From the NCBI GenBank assembly GCA_051439425.1, contig JBFRWD010000110.1, positions 1-64,000 of the forward strand: a DNA stretch of 64,000 nt, given 5' to 3'. Position numbers and translations under genes: made by a program. Shown here in pieces: positions 33,033 through 44,224 of this stretch. Numbering within the stretch: position 1 is the stretch's first letter; every line of letters begins with the position of its first letter. The notes under the pieces are model-generated. The model searched no databases. It saw nothing but the letters and a program-made list of their open reading frames with translations, and was not told the origin of the DNA. This DNA is from Synechococcus sp. Its GTDB lineage: Bacteria > Cyanobacteriota > Cyanobacteriia > Thermostichales > PCC-7336.

Positions 33033-33832
33033 GGCAGCCCCCACTCCTCCGCTTGCTGCTCGAGCCAACCGCTGTCGGCCAGTTCTTGCATTTCCACATT
33101 GACCCGTCGCCGCAATTCAGAATACTGGTTGCCTTTGGGCAGGGCGATCGCCAATCCAGAACCAGACAGTAACGGAGTCAACATTCGATATCCCGCCTCT
33201 TCTCGTACCCACCCTGTCATGACCGAGGCGTCAGCCGCTACGCCGTCCACCCGGCCAGTTTCCAGGGCGTCAACGCTATCCCGGTAAGACTCCGTTCCAA
33301 CGGTTTCTAGCTCGGAGCTGAGAGTGTTGAGTGTGGCAACGGCTGTGGAGCCTTTGAGGACGGCGATCGCTTCTGTCGATAGCTGCAGTGAGGACGACAG
33401 CGACGAGGATTCGGGCACAACAATCGCCGTTCCATCAAGGTAATAGGGCAGCGTCAGACTTACTTGACGAATGCGAGCGGTAGTAATTCCAATTTGGGCG
33501 ATCGCCATGTCTACGCGATCGTCGATGACAGCGTCGAGGCGCTCTTGATTCCTCAGAGGGACAAACTCGACAGCGCCCTCGTCCCCCAATAGCTGTTGAG
33601 CGAGCTGGCGGGCGATTTCAATTTCAAATCCCTGCCATTCTCCAGATTCATCTTGCCAAGCCAAGGGAGGCAGATCGACTTTGACTCCAACTCGCAATGC
33701 CCCCGAGTTCTCGATATCGGCCCACGGTCTTGCATTAACTGGAGTTGTCTCGAAGCAAGGGATGCCAATAAGAAAGGTAGCCCCAATCGCTAGGACTACC
33801 TGACCTATCCTTCTGAAATTAAGCCGTTTCAC
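33029..33832 (-). CDS. polar amino-acid ABC transporter substrate-binding protein (family 3)
   Basis: LRVGVK.DLPPL, GFEIEIARQLA, PYYLDGT. Confidence 0.88.
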   Translation of the reverse strand: MKRLNFRRIGQVVLAIGATFLIGIPCFETTPVNARPWADIENSGALRVGVKVDLPPLAWQDESGEWQGFEIEIARQLAQQLLGDEGAVEFVPLRNQERLDAVIDDRVDMAIAQIGITTARIRQVSLTLPYYLDGTAIVVPESSSLSSSLQLSTEAIAVLKGSTAVATLNTLSSELETVGTESYRDSVDALETGRVDGVAADASVMTGWVREEAGYRMLTPLLSGSGLAIALPKGNQYSELRRRVNVEMQELADSGWLEQQAEEWGLP

Positions 33833-33875
33833 GTCAGCAACATGTCATCCATCGGACAAGATTGTTGCTAGATGG

Positions 33876-34223
33876 CTATTTGGTTGCGGTCTCGACCACT
33901 TTGGTAAATGCGGAGGGATCGCTGATGGCCATCTGAGCCAGCATCTTGCGGTTGAGGCCAATGTTAGCTTGCTTCAGGCTGTAGGTCAGCTTGCTGTAGC
34001 TGAGGCCGCGCTGACGGGACGCTGCGTTAATGCGAGCAATCCACAGGCGACGAAAGTCACGCTTGCGACGGCGGCGATCGCGGTAGGAGTACCGCAGCGC
34101 CTTCATGACCTGCTGGTTCGCTGTGCGGAACAGCTTGGAGTGGGAGCCGACGTAGCCCTTGGCCAGCTTGAGGATCTTTTTGCGTCGTTTGCTGGCGACG
34201 GTACCCCGTTTTAAAAGCGAAAT
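33876..34223 (-). CDS. rplT: 50S ribosomal protein L20 (start codon reads ATT)
   Basis: frame extends upstream of track ORF: (I)[22 protein letters not shown]...[21 protein letters not shown]; 115 aa; no ATG at the expected position. Confidence 0.93.
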   Translation of the reverse strand: MSLLKRGTVASKRRKKILKLAKGYVGSHSKLFRTANQQVMKALRYSYRDRRRRKRDFRRLWIARINAASRQRGLSYSKLTYSLKQANIGLNRKMLAQMAISDPSAFTKVVETATK

Positions 34224-34299
34224 GGTGGATGGAAGTTATACGAATTGAATATACAAAAACTCGAGCGTTTCAGATTGCGGCAAAGCAATCATTCGGGCC

Positions 34300-34497
34300 T
34301 TAACCGTAGGGCATTTGCAGCTTGACGTTGTCCGCTTCAGTTTTGGCAACGGTGCTGGTTCCACGCAGCTTGCGCTTAACGCTAGAAGACTTGTGTTCGA
34401 GCAGGTGGTTGTGGAAGGCACGACGGCGCATGACCTTGCCCGTGCGGGTAATGCGGAAGCGCTTAGCGGTGGCGCGGCGGGTTTTTACTTTCGGCAT
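34300..34497 (-). CDS. rpmI: 50S ribosomal protein L35
   Basis: [21 protein letters not shown]; upstream of rplT. Confidence 0.97.
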   Translation of the reverse strand: MPKVKTRRATAKRFRITRTGKVMRRRAFHNHLLEHKSSSVKRKLRGTSTVAKTEADNVKLQMPYG

Positions 34498-34728
34498 GAT
34501 GCTTATGAAACGGCACGGTCTATTATCGTAGTGCCTACATCTTCACTTTTGCAAGCACTCGTCAACGAAAGATTACCCGAGCGATTGCAATCCCCTTAGT
34601 GGCTTTGACATTACTGTGTACTAAACCAGTAAATCGCAGCTCCAACCGGATAATCCCTATCGCGAAACAAGATACCGATGCTGGGTCAACTAATGAGTCT
34701 TGGTTCAACGATTAAATCAATACTCAAG

Positions 34729-35358
34729 TCAGCTGTTAATACGAAGAACGATCCGTCCATCCACGATGTTCAGATTATCCACTTCTCGCAGTATTTCTTT
34801 CCAATCCTTATTCTCTTCGATCAGACTATTGAGAAAATCTTCATCGTTAAATGCTTCTAAGAATGCCTCTTCTACCGGAGGGGCAAGTGGAGCACCGTTA
34901 AGCTCGATCTCGCGCAGCTCCAATTCAGTTTGCTGATTTTCGATGCTGAGGTCGAGGACAAAACGCCCGTCGACAAACCGCTCCCCCACTAGCGGTAAAT
35001 TGATGACAGGATAGGCCCCAGAAATTTCCAGCAGGTCGTTTTCAATGTCGACATAGAGCCTGCCAGCAGTTTCAGGGGCTTGGGCGATCGCCAAGTTGAT
35101 TTCTCGCGCTGTGAGAGCAATCTCGGCAGGCTCGTTGGCGTTATAGGCAGCTGAGAATGCCTGCAGTTTTTGCTGAAGCTCGGCCCATTCCGCCTCGGTC
35201 GATTGGATTTCAGGTAGCTCTGTGGGGTCTGTGGTGGTGAAGAAGGTGATAGCACGATAGCTCAGAAATGCCGTACAGCCTCCCCCCAAGAGGAAGAGCA
35301 CGGATAGGGATAGACATCCCCAGAAACAACAGCCACGTCCGCTATTGTTTGCACCCAT
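34729..35358 (-). CDS. hypothetical N-terminally membrane-anchored acidic protein
   Basis: GCCFWGC then TM helix; LT.REIN motif; acidic soluble domain. Confidence 0.7.
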   Translation of the reverse strand: MGANNSGRGCCFWGCLSLSVLFLLGGGCTAFLSYRAITFFTTTDPTELPEIQSTEAEWAELQQKLQAFSAAYNANEPAEIALTAREINLAIAQAPETAGRLYVDIENDLLEISGAYPVINLPLVGERFVDGRFVLDLSIENQQTELELREIELNGAPLAPPVEEAFLEAFNDEDFLNSLIEENKDWKEILREVDNLNIVDGRIVLRINS

Positions 35359-35663
35359 GACCTGTTTACCCTAGCTGTCAACTGCAATGAGTTGTAGCCG
35401 CAATTGCACTACATGGCTGTTGCTGAGTGAATAATTTTTTTAACCACTGTTGTGGTGATATGAGTTGCTACACGAATATAGGGGTTGCCATTTCAGTTAG
35501 GACAACGGCTTCCAATCGCAGTCAGGGTTGAATAGAGCTGAAATATCCGCAGTGGTATGGCCATTGCTATATCTGATGGCAACGTGCTGTCTCTGGCCTG
35601 AAGGTTCGAGCGCCTTCACTATAGAGACGTTGAGTCCTTGGCGAGTCAGGCGGGAGCAATGGC

Positions 35664-36332
35664 GTGAAAGTGTTGGTGGGGTCGGATTATCACTGTGATG
35701 CTTCCTTACAGCAGCAGGCTCTGGATGCAATGGGGGATGCGGATTGGTACATCTATTGCGGGGATTTTTGTAGCTGGGCGGGAAGACAGCCAGAGGCCGG
35801 ACAGGCTGGATTTCATCCCCGCGGCGCAGATGAACTGGAGCAGTTGCAGGCATTTTGGCAACAGGTCGATACCGTCGGCATCCCTTGGCTGTTTGTGCCC
35901 GGTAACCACGAACCTCCGGCACAAACATTGGACGAGCTATTTACTCGGTCGGATTTGAGCAATGGGATATTAGCCTTAAAGACTCAACTCATGCAGGTCG
36001 GACCGTTACAGGCGTTGATCGTGCCTCTCACACCCCCCTGCGGATGGTGCTGGTCTCTTAGTCGCAATCGCCTGAAGGAGTTGCAAGCCACCTACAAAGA
36101 CGTCAACGTCGATCTCCTAATCACCCACGCACCACCCAAAGGAACTCTGGATGAAGGGGGACAGTGGTATCGCGGCAAAATCCCGACGTTAGCTCCATTA
36201 GTGCAGCAGCTGGCTCCCAGATACTATCTCTGCGGTCACATGCATTTGGATGGTGGAAAAAGCGAGATGAAAAACGGGACAACTTACGTCAATGCTGCCT
36301 TACATAACGTTGTCGTCGAGATGGAACATTGA
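35664..36332 (+). CDS. metallophosphoesterase (Icc-related)
   Basis: SDYH, CGDF, PGNHE, THAPP, CGHMH. Confidence 0.88.
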   Translation: MKVLVGSDYHCDASLQQQALDAMGDADWYIYCGDFCSWAGRQPEAGQAGFHPRGADELEQLQAFWQQVDTVGIPWLFVPGNHEPPAQTLDELFTRSDLSNGILALKTQLMQVGPLQALIVPLTPPCGWCWSLSRNRLKELQATYKDVNVDLLITHAPPKGTLDEGGQWYRGKIPTLAPLVQQLAPRYYLCGHMHLDGGKSEMKNGTTYVNAALHNVVVEMEH

Positions 36333-36436
36333 ATATGGAGGCTCCGGTGGGCGAAAAGACTCGCCAGCGTGGTGATTGCCTTTCAGATATTGGAAGCGGG
36401 CGATTCTATCGTCACCTCAAAGGCAGCTCATCGCTA

Positions 36437-38458
36437 TTACTGAGTGTTGGGGATCGTATGTCCCCGAGTTGAATTAAACGCCGGATAGTGTGTCCTCGGT
36501 TGAACCGTCGGAGATTGACTGACAGAGGGGGTCGATGGTGCGGAGGGGAGGACGTTATCGGTATTGGCCGCTCCCGATTGCAACCAGGCCTTCAGTTCGG
36601 CGGGTGTTTGGACGCGAGAGAGGAGTCGCTTGAGTTCGTCCCCATCCAACACTTCCCGCTGCAGCAGTAATTGAGCGGTTTCGGCCAACACCTCCCGATT
36701 GAGGGACAAAATCGAACGGGCCATTTCTCGGGCGGAATCGATTAACCGTTTGACCTCGCGATCGATCTCTTCAGATACGGACTGGCTCACAGCTCGACGA
36801 GGGTTGGTGTACCCCTCCAAAAACTGCGGTTGCGACTTTTCGTAAGCGATCGGGCCGAGGGTGGAACTCATGCCGTACAGCGTTACAAACCGCTCGGCTA
36901 GATCCGTGGCTTTTTGAATATCATCGCTAGCCCCTGTTGAGGTCTTTCCGAACATGGCTTCCTCCGCAACCCTTCCAGCTAGTAAGGTGGCCAGCCGTCC
37001 GCGAATTTCGTCTTCTCCTACTAAGTAGCGATCCTCCTCCGGCAGTTGCAGCGTATATCCCAGCGCTGCGGCCCCCCTCGGCACCACTGAAATTTTTTCC
37101 ACCGTCCCCAAGCCCGGCATCAACGCACCGACAATGGCGTGCCCGACTTCGTGGTGGGCCACAACTGTCTGCTCTCGCTCGTTGAGAATGCGCGATCGCT
37201 TCTCTAGTCCCGCCAAAATTCGTTCGATGGCCTCCTCGAAATCTGCCATTTCCACAACGCTGTGGTTTTTCCGTGCTGCCAGCAGAGCGGCTTCGTTAAT
37301 CAGATTGGCCAGATCGGCCCCGGCCAAGCCGGGGGTGCGTGCGGCAATTTTGGCCAGATTAATATCGGGAGCCAGTTTGACGTCGCGAGCATGAACTTTG
37401 AGGATGGCAAATCGACCAACGCGATCGGGGCGATCGACCAAGACCTGCCGGTTGAAGCGACCCGGACGCAGTAGTGCTGGGTCAAGGACTTCGGGACGGT
37501 TGGTAGCAGCCAGCAAAATGACGCCACTATTGGGATCGAATCCATCCAGCTCCGACAGCAATTGATTCAGAGTTTGTTCGCGTTCGTCATTGCCCCCCAT
37601 CATGGGGCCGCTACTGGCGCGGGATTTTCCGAGGGCATCCAGCTCGTCAATAAATACGATGCAGGGCGCCTGGCGTTTGGCCTGTTCGAACAAGCTTCGC
37701 ACCCGCGATGCTCCGACCCCCACGAACAGCTCGATAAACTCTGCACCGGAGATACTGAAGAAGGGCACCCTGGCCTCACCGGCGATCGCCCGCGCCAGCA
37801 ACGTTTTGCCTGTACCCGGGGGCCCCACTAACAACACACCCTTGGGAATTTTGGCCCCAAGCTGCGTGTACCGGTTAGCGTCTTGCAGAAAGGACACCAG
37901 TTCCTGCAACTCTTCTTTGGCTTCGTCAACTCCTGCCACATCGGCAAACGTGACTTTGGTGGCCCCTTCCGAGTAAATACGAGCTCGACTCTTACCGAAC
38001 GCCAGTGGATTGGTTCCTTGCCCGGTGTTCTGAGCCTTGCTGAAAATCCACGACCACAGTCCAAACAGTAGGATTAGTGGAAACAGCCAGCTTGTGACCG
38101 ATCGCCACCCTCCTGAGGAGCGTGGCAATCCCGAAAATTTCACTCCGTGTTCTCGCAGTAGCGGCACCAGTTGGGCGTCTTCGGGTACTGCTACGGTCAC
38201 GAGTGTTTGACCAACCTCCTCCTCCCCTTCGGGCTTCAGCACAAATTCAATGGACGTCGTTCCAATTTCCACTTCTTCCACTACACCAGATTCAACGCGA
38301 TCGAGAAACTGGCTGTAGGACACGGTTTCGTATCGGGGTTGTTGGGGGACGAGCAGGCTAAACCACAACAGCAACAGAAACAATGGCAGCAACCCACCGC
38401 TTCCCAAGCCTCCTGGCGACTCGCGGGAATTCAGTTTTCCATGCTTGTTAACACCCAC
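36437..38458 (-). CDS. ftsH: ATP-dependent zinc metalloprotease FtsH (FtsH4-like paralog)
   Basis: [35 protein letters not shown]. Confidence 0.95.
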   Translation of the reverse strand: MGVNKHGKLNSRESPGGLGSGGLLPLFLLLLWFSLLVPQQPRYETVSYSQFLDRVESGVVEEVEIGTTSIEFVLKPEGEEEVGQTLVTVAVPEDAQLVPLLREHGVKFSGLPRSSGGWRSVTSWLFPLILLFGLWSWIFSKAQNTGQGTNPLAFGKSRARIYSEGATKVTFADVAGVDEAKEELQELVSFLQDANRYTQLGAKIPKGVLLVGPPGTGKTLLARAIAGEARVPFFSISGAEFIELFVGVGASRVRSLFEQAKRQAPCIVFIDELDALGKSRASSGPMMGGNDEREQTLNQLLSELDGFDPNSGVILLAATNRPEVLDPALLRPGRFNRQVLVDRPDRVGRFAILKVHARDVKLAPDINLAKIAARTPGLAGADLANLINEAALLAARKNHSVVEMADFEEAIERILAGLEKRSRILNEREQTVVAHHEVGHAIVGALMPGLGTVEKISVVPRGAAALGYTLQLPEEDRYLVGEDEIRGRLATLLAGRVAEEAMFGKTSTGASDDIQKATDLAERFVTLYGMSSTLGPIAYEKSQPQFLEGYTNPRRAVSQSVSEEIDREVKRLIDSAREMARSILSLNREVLAETAQLLLQREVLDGDELKRLLSRVQTPAELKAWLQSGAANTDNVLPSAPSTPSVSQSPTVQPRTHYPAFNSTRGHTIPNTQ

Positions 38459-38508
38459 ACTCGAACCTCTACGTCACGTCGAACCTGTTCTTAGGTCAGA
38501 GTTTTGAG

Positions 38509-39105
38509 TCATACCGAAACGGTTTTGGATGTATCCGACTGAGTAGGAGCTTCAGATTTGGAGCCTCCTGCGTCTTCATTAGTTTGTTGCTCCCATTCTT
38601 CACTCGTCCTTTCGTCGATAACGTCAGCGGGCAATCCTACCAGCAGTACGGCACTGCGGGCATGGTGAGTGACGTAGTTACTGACGCTCCCCATCAGCAG
38701 TTCGCTCAATCCGCGCCGTCCGTGGCGACCCATGACGATCAGGTCTGCTTTCCAGGCATCTGCCAGCTCGCAAATGCTCCGTCCGGGGGGGCCAAATTGT
38801 TGCGACCACTCCACCTCAAGTCCTTGCTTCTTGGCATGCTCCGCTTGCCATTCCAGGCGGTGTTGGCAATCTTGTTCGTAGCGTTTCCAACTATCGCGAT
38901 AAGAGGTCAACAAATCGGTGCTGGCGTACCAATAATCCATGCTGGTACCGATGGTGGCGGCTTGGGGGGCTCCTTCCTCTTCACTGGTGAGCACGTGAAC
39001 CAACATGAGAGATCCTGCGGCTGCTTTGGCAAGGTCAATCGCTTCATCCAATACGCGATCGGCGATATCGGAGCGATCCAGAGCAACTAAGATTTTGCGA
39101 TACAT
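38509..39105 (-). CDS. universal stress protein
   Basis: MYRKILVALDRS, DLIVMGRHGRRG...GSVSNYVTHHA; RBS before 39105. Confidence 0.92.
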   Translation of the reverse strand: MYRKILVALDRSDIADRVLDEAIDLAKAAAGSLMLVHVLTSEEEGAPQAATIGTSMDYWYASTDLLTSYRDSWKRYEQDCQHRLEWQAEHAKKQGLEVEWSQQFGPPGRSICELADAWKADLIVMGRHGRRGLSELLMGSVSNYVTHHARSAVLLVGLPADVIDERTSEEWEQQTNEDAGGSKSEAPTQSDTSKTVSV

Positions 39106-39412
39106 GAAAACCTCTCTACGCATGTGCGTGTTTTGGTCACTTATCAGGCTTGCGATGAGGGTTGCCGTAGCGCGACGAGAACACTGCAGCAAACCTGAGG
39201 GGCTAGTCCTTCACGGCTCTGTTGAGAGAACACTAACGTTAGCCCAAGGTACAAAATCCCCCCTCTACTTCTGTTGTAGGAGTCAAAGTTGAGGATTGTG
39301 TGACTGTGGCGATCGCTCGATCGCCGAACAGTCTGCTAGTGGGTCAAGCGCAATCGCGATCGTTTTTTGAGAGGGAGCCACTAGGATTGAAAGGCAGATT
39401 TTTTGCGTGGGT

Positions 39413-40375
39413 ATGAGCGATCGCAATCCAACAGCTTTGCGGGTCACGTTTTTGGGCACCAGTTCGGGGGTTCCTACCCGAGCGCGGAACGTGTCGGGGA
39501 TAGCCTTACAGTTGCCGCAGCGCTCGGAGATGTGGCTGTTGGATTGTGGAGAAGCGACTCAACACCAAATTTTGCGCAATCCGCAGTTGAACTCGAATCA
39601 GACGCGGCGGATTTTTATCACCCACATGCACGGCGATCACATTTACGGTTTGCCTGGGTTTCTCTCGACGTTGGGGATGAGCAACGTGCCGCACGAGGTG
39701 GACATCTATGGCCCTCCCGGCTTGAAGGACTATTTGGAAGGGGTGTTGCGCTGGAGCGAAAGCCGGATCAACTATCCCTATCGGGTTCACGCGGTGGAAA
39801 CGGGGTTGTTGTTGGATGAGGGGGAGTATCAGGTGTACTGTGCTCCGCTGGACCACAGGGTGCAGGCGTTTGGCTATCGGATTGTGGAGAGCGATCGCCC
39901 CGGTACGTTCAACCTGGATAAGGCGAAGGCAGATGGGATTCCTCCGGGACCGGTGTACGGTCGGCTGAAGGCGGGCGAGAAGGTTGAGTTAGAGGATGGT
40001 CGCACGGTGGATGGACGCGATTATGTGGGGGCGGATGTGCCCGGTCGCAAGATGGCCTATTGCACCGATACGATTTTTTGCCGCAATGCGATCGATTTGG
40101 CGCGTGCTTCAGACTTATTAATTCACGAGGCAACGTTTGCTGAGCCGGATTTACACCTTGCTAAGCGGGCCAAGCATTCGACAGCAGCGATGGCAGCTCA
40201 GGTGGCGAAGGAAGCCAAGGTGGACACGTTGATGCTGACGCATTTCAGTCCTCGGTATGGCCCGGAAGGTCCGATTACGATGGAGGATTTGCAAGCGGAG
40301 GCGCAGGCAGTGTTTCCGAATACGTTGATGGCTCGCGATCGGCTTACCTACGAAATTCCTCGCAGGACCACTTGA
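39413..40375 (+). CDS. rnz: ribonuclease Z
   Basis: FLGTSSGVPT, DCGE, THMHGDH, GIPPGP exosite, HEATF, HST, THFSPRY. Confidence 0.96.
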   Translation: MSDRNPTALRVTFLGTSSGVPTRARNVSGIALQLPQRSEMWLLDCGEATQHQILRNPQLNSNQTRRIFITHMHGDHIYGLPGFLSTLGMSNVPHEVDIYGPPGLKDYLEGVLRWSESRINYPYRVHAVETGLLLDEGEYQVYCAPLDHRVQAFGYRIVESDRPGTFNLDKAKADGIPPGPVYGRLKAGEKVELEDGRTVDGRDYVGADVPGRKMAYCTDTIFCRNAIDLARASDLLIHEATFAEPDLHLAKRAKHSTAAMAAQVAKEAKVDTLMLTHFSPRYGPEGPITMEDLQAEAQAVFPNTLMARDRLTYEIPRRTT

Positions 40376-40516
40376 GTAAATACTTGCTAAGCTATATCTA
40401 ATTTCTTTCAGAAGAATTGTCCGACCTCGGCTCCACGAGGAAAGGTTAAAGGTCTTTCATGTCTTTTCGTAGCTATTTAGTTGCAAAGACTTTTTAAGGA
40501 GTACCCATAGTACTTA

Positions 40517-41026
40517 TTACTCAACACAATTATCTGTTTGCATGGGCACATATCTTGCCTCTCTAAGCAACGCAAGAGCTGCCACTGACTGTAAAAAGTC
40601 AAAGAGAGAGATTAGAAGACTTGTGGTCCCTGTCAGGCCTAAGAATAGGAAAACATAAAATTCTAAGGGGAGCGAATTAAAGAAATACAGAGATAAAGAA
40701 GTCGATTCAAGTGACACTTCAAACAGCAGCAGAAGCAGAATAAAGCTTTAGCCTAAGAGTAAGGATAATACAGCTCGGATCATATGCGTATTTGCCTGCA
40801 GGAGATGTAATATCTGCTCTTCTTTACTATCTCTAAGATTAATTAGAGCTATTTCCCTCTTCTTCTGCTGGGATTGATTCAAGTTCTGGTAAGAAAGAAG
40901 GAGTTCCCCTAATGATTTATCGACAAGAGGCTTGATATATGCAGCTATTAGGCTTACTAGAATACCAACAAAAACAACACTCACCCACCAAGAAAAGGAT
41001 GAGATATTTTTCAACAGTTGATCCAT
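40517..41026 (-). pseudogene. AT-rich membrane-protein gene interrupted by one in-frame TAA
   Basis: ORFs 40748-41050 and 40517-40717 are in the same frame; reads ...SLLLG*SFILLLLLFEVSLES... through the stop. Confidence 0.6.
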
Positions 41027-41100
41027 CTTTGAGTCTTCTAAGCAAAGCAAGTCTGATTTATGTTACACCGTGGCAAGGTCAGACTAGATAGGCTTTTTCC

Positions 41101-42192
41101 TCATGTAAACCTGATGGCTGTGTCATTATCATTTGGCTCATCTATGGGATCGCTGAAAGCTTCCAGTAGTTGCCTTGCAGATGATGGCATATGCGGGAAG
41201 TAGAATTGGGCATCCCCAGCCGCAACTGTTGCCCAAAAATCTTGTAAGTCGGGGGCAAACTTTATCGCCTCATCTTTCGGCATCGACACTGGAGGTTCGG
41301 TCAGCAAACCGAGGATGAATCGCAAACTAGCCTTGCCGATCGCCTCCCTCGACTTCGCCTGCAACTCAGGATGCCCCTCCACCGACTCAAGCTTGTGTGA
41401 GGTTACGGACAATAACCGCTCCCCACTCTCATTCACCGACCCTTCCACAATCCGAAACGGATGGGGATAGCTGACCAAAGACCCTGTCGTAATTTCATAT
41501 AGCTCACCATCGCGAGCAATATCCTGCACGTGTAAGTGACCAGTCAGAATGAGATTGACCCCTGCCGCTTTCAACATTTGTCGTAGGCGAGCGGCGTTGT
41601 CTAGCATGTAGCGCCGTCCCATTGGATGCTTGGACTGATTGGGGAGATGCTCCAACACATTGTGGTGAATGGTCACAATTGTGAACTCGTCGTCCCGAGC
41701 TGCCAACACCGTTTCCAGCCACTGAAACTGTTCGTCATCCAAACAACCAAGCTGATTACCCTGGCGATCGAACATTGTGGAATTGAGGGCAATCAGGCGA
41801 ACGCCGGGAACGGGATTGCAGGTGTAGTAGAGCTGTTCCGAGTTGTCGTAACCGTAGTCGGAATAGAGGCGAGCAAAATCAGCTAAACCAATCGAAGACT
41901 CGCTAGCTAGTGGAGCACGGATGTCGTGGTTGCCCGGAATGACATAAACCGGAAACGGCAGCGTTTTTAGACTGTCTAGCAGCCATTGATGGTTTTCTGG
42001 CTCGCCGTCTTTCGTCAAATCCCCCGGCATAATCATGAAATCCAGTTCGTATGACTCCAGATGCTCTAGTACCCGTTGCCATGCCGGAATGCTGACTTCC
42101 AGAAGGTGAAACGCGCCCTCTCGTGGCTGAATGGTGTGGGGAAGTGCAATGTGCAAATCGCTAGCGATCGCAAAGCGAAACGGTTGGCGCAT
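41101..42192 (-). CDS. calcineurin-like metallophosphoesterase (CpdA/Icc-like)
   Basis: SDLH, GDLT, GNHD, HH, TGHLH. Confidence 0.9.
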   Translation of the reverse strand: MRQPFRFAIASDLHIALPHTIQPREGAFHLLEVSIPAWQRVLEHLESYELDFMIMPGDLTKDGEPENHQWLLDSLKTLPFPVYVIPGNHDIRAPLASESSIGLADFARLYSDYGYDNSEQLYYTCNPVPGVRLIALNSTMFDRQGNQLGCLDDEQFQWLETVLAARDDEFTIVTIHHNVLEHLPNQSKHPMGRRYMLDNAARLRQMLKAAGVNLILTGHLHVQDIARDGELYEITTGSLVSYPHPFRIVEGSVNESGERLLSVTSHKLESVEGHPELQAKSREAIGKASLRFILGLLTEPPVSMPKDEAIKFAPDLQDFWATVAAGDAQFYFPHMPSSARQLLEAFSDPIDEPNDNDTAIRFT

Positions 42193-42231
42193 GATAGTTG
42201 GGCAACAACAGCAACGCTTCTGATTCTCCCA

Positions 42232-42813
42232 TCAAGCCCCAAAATAATCCGGCGCGTTCCCCGGCTTCCACTTGATGTTGCAGCCAATACTCGGCATCTG
42301 CTCCGCACTGACTGGAGTTGCCGCTAAAACCGCATCCATCGCCGCCCGCAAATCGGCCCCCGTCACGGGCTTACCATTGCCGAGACGACTTTCGTCTAGC
42401 TGTCCGCGATAGGCTAAGCGGAGATCGCTACCAAACAAGAAGAAATCCGGCGTGCAAGCCGCCGTGTATGCCTTCGCTACCGCCTGTGTTTCGTCGTAAC
42501 ACGCATAAAAATTCCAGCCCAGATCGGCAGCCATCTGCTTGAATTTCTCCGGAGAATCCGCCGGATAGTTGTCCACATCATTGGCCGTCACTGCCACGAT
42601 GGAGAGGCGATCGCCATAATCTCGTCCGATACGAGTTAGCTCATCCTGCACGTGTTTTACAAACGGGCAGTGACAGCAGATAAACATCATCAATACCGGC
42701 TTATCTGCAGGTAGGTCGGCTAGGGATAGCGACTTTCCCAAGACAACTTCGGGTAACTCAAACTCTGGAGCAGCAGTCCCCAGCGCCAACATCGTTGAAG
42801 GTGTCAGACTCAC
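42232..42813 (-). CDS. AhpC/TSA thioredoxin-family protein
   Basis: FICCHCPFV, ACTPDFF, YRGQLD, SIGCNIKW; GTG after GGGAGG. Confidence 0.9.
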   Translation of the reverse strand: MSLTPSTMLALGTAAPEFELPEVVLGKSLSLADLPADKPVLMMFICCHCPFVKHVQDELTRIGRDYGDRLSIVAVTANDVDNYPADSPEKFKQMAADLGWNFYACYDETQAVAKAYTAACTPDFFLFGSDLRLAYRGQLDESRLGNGKPVTGADLRAAMDAVLAATPVSAEQMPSIGCNIKWKPGNAPDYFGA

Positions 42814-42891
42814 AATTGCGCCTCCCAAGGACAGTCCCGAGTTAAATTCGGTCCGGTCTCAATCTGTCTCGAACGTGTTCAACAAGCAAAT

Positions 42892-43764
42892 CTAGCAGTG
42901 GCAGAAGGGAACAACCAATAGTGGTAGACATGCAATCCAAGCCCAGTACCAACTGCGATCGCGGTCCAAATCGAAACTAGCGCGATCGTCTAGCAGTGCG
43001 TCGATCCGAGTTTCCAATCGAGTGACATCGCTATCGTCACCAAAGGCTGCCATTAATTCACCGGAGGGTAAAGGAGCGCTGGCCACTTGAAAGAGCGCTT
43101 CTGCCAGAACGAGGCGATCGCAGCGAGTTGCCGCCATTGCATCCGCCCTTAGCTCCCGCAGCAGTAACAGCCGTTGCCACAATGCTTCATTGTTGGGTAG
43201 CCATCCCCCAATCTGGCGCAACCAGCCCAACCAGAAAAACCAAAACGTATCGTGAAAGTGCTCGTGGGCTTGCTCGTGTTGCAAAACTGCTTTAACTTGC
43301 TCATCAGACAACTGACTCAGCAATCCTTGGCTCAACAGCAAGTCGGAGTTCCAAAAGCCTACTCGGGCTGCGAATGGTAACTGGTGAGGTAAGACACGAC
43401 CGGTATGGCCATCAAAATGACATAAGGGATAGCAGCCTAATTGGTTAATCGATCGCCAGCCATTCCAACTCCTGCGTACCAAGACTAATAGCGCCACCGC
43501 CAGCAGCCCAACCGAGAGAATATGGCTAATCAGGCTGACACAAGGGCTGGTCTGGACATGCATGTGCATGTGCCCGCTGGGACCCATCAGCACAACGGCA
43601 AAACCCGCAGCAACGATGAGTAGAGGAGGTAGGGCGAAGGCCAGCAGGGTGCGCAGCCATTCGTGCTGAGTAACAGTATCGTTCTGCCCTCGCTGTCCCC
43701 AGAGGGGCAGCAGTCGGATGGCGATCGCCACCCCAAACGTCATCGCCAACAGCAGCAAATGCAT
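42892..43764 (-). CDS. M56 (BlaR1-like) membrane metallopeptidase
   Basis: VLQHEQAH, ELRAD, LAEAL, RIDALL; follows BlaI-type repressor. Confidence 0.88.
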   Translation of the reverse strand: MHLLLLAMTFGVAIAIRLLPLWGQRGQNDTVTQHEWLRTLLAFALPPLLIVAAGFAVVLMGPSGHMHMHVQTSPCVSLISHILSVGLLAVALLVLVRRSWNGWRSINQLGCYPLCHFDGHTGRVLPHQLPFAARVGFWNSDLLLSQGLLSQLSDEQVKAVLQHEQAHEHFHDTFWFFWLGWLRQIGGWLPNNEALWQRLLLLRELRADAMAATRCDRLVLAEALFQVASAPLPSGELMAAFGDDSDVTRLETRIDALLDDRASFDLDRDRSWYWAWIACLPLLVVPFCHC

Positions 43765-43769
43765 TGGCC

Positions 43770-44186
43770 TTATCCCTCGCGCTGCTGGCGGGCGTCACTC
43801 AAGCGCTGAGCGATCGCTGACATTTTCTCGACGCTGGCAGCATCCAAGCTATCGGCAAATGCTGCGACGACATCGGGGTTACCAATGGCCAGAAACTCTT
43901 GTAACTTAGCGTGAGCTTGCAGGCTACGGGCTTCAGCTTCTGTGAACAGTGCTTGCCAGTGAAAACTGCGGTTGGTTTTGTTGCAGGATAACCAACCTTT
44001 ATTCGTTAACCGGCTCAGGATCGTGCTTACGGAGGTGTAGGCTAGCTCGCGATCGGGATCCATCAAAATATGCTCGTGGACATCGCGAACGGAGACGGAG
44101 CCCAGTTTCCATATTATGGACAAAATTTCTTGTTCCAATGGCCCCAGCGATAACTGTTTGGGGCGTCGGTCTGGCAGTGATGGCAT
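43770..44186 (-). CDS. BlaI/MecI/CopY family transcriptional repressor
   Basis: LGPLEQEILSIIW, LAYTSVSTILSRLTNKGWL. Confidence 0.9.
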   Translation of the reverse strand: MPSLPDRRPKQLSLGPLEQEILSIIWKLGSVSVRDVHEHILMDPDRELAYTSVSTILSRLTNKGWLSCNKTNRSFHWQALFTEAEARSLQAHAKLQEFLAIGNPDVVAAFADSLDAASVEKMSAIAQRLSDARQQREG

Positions 44187-44224
44187 TCAGAGAACCTAAC
44201 TGACTCATTGATATTTTATAGGGA

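Noticed and set aside
27113..42192. Three metallophosphoesterases as a phosphate-scavenging island
   Set aside because: They are separated by unrelated housekeeping genes, belong to different subtypes, and no tandem Pho-box repeats were seen upstream.
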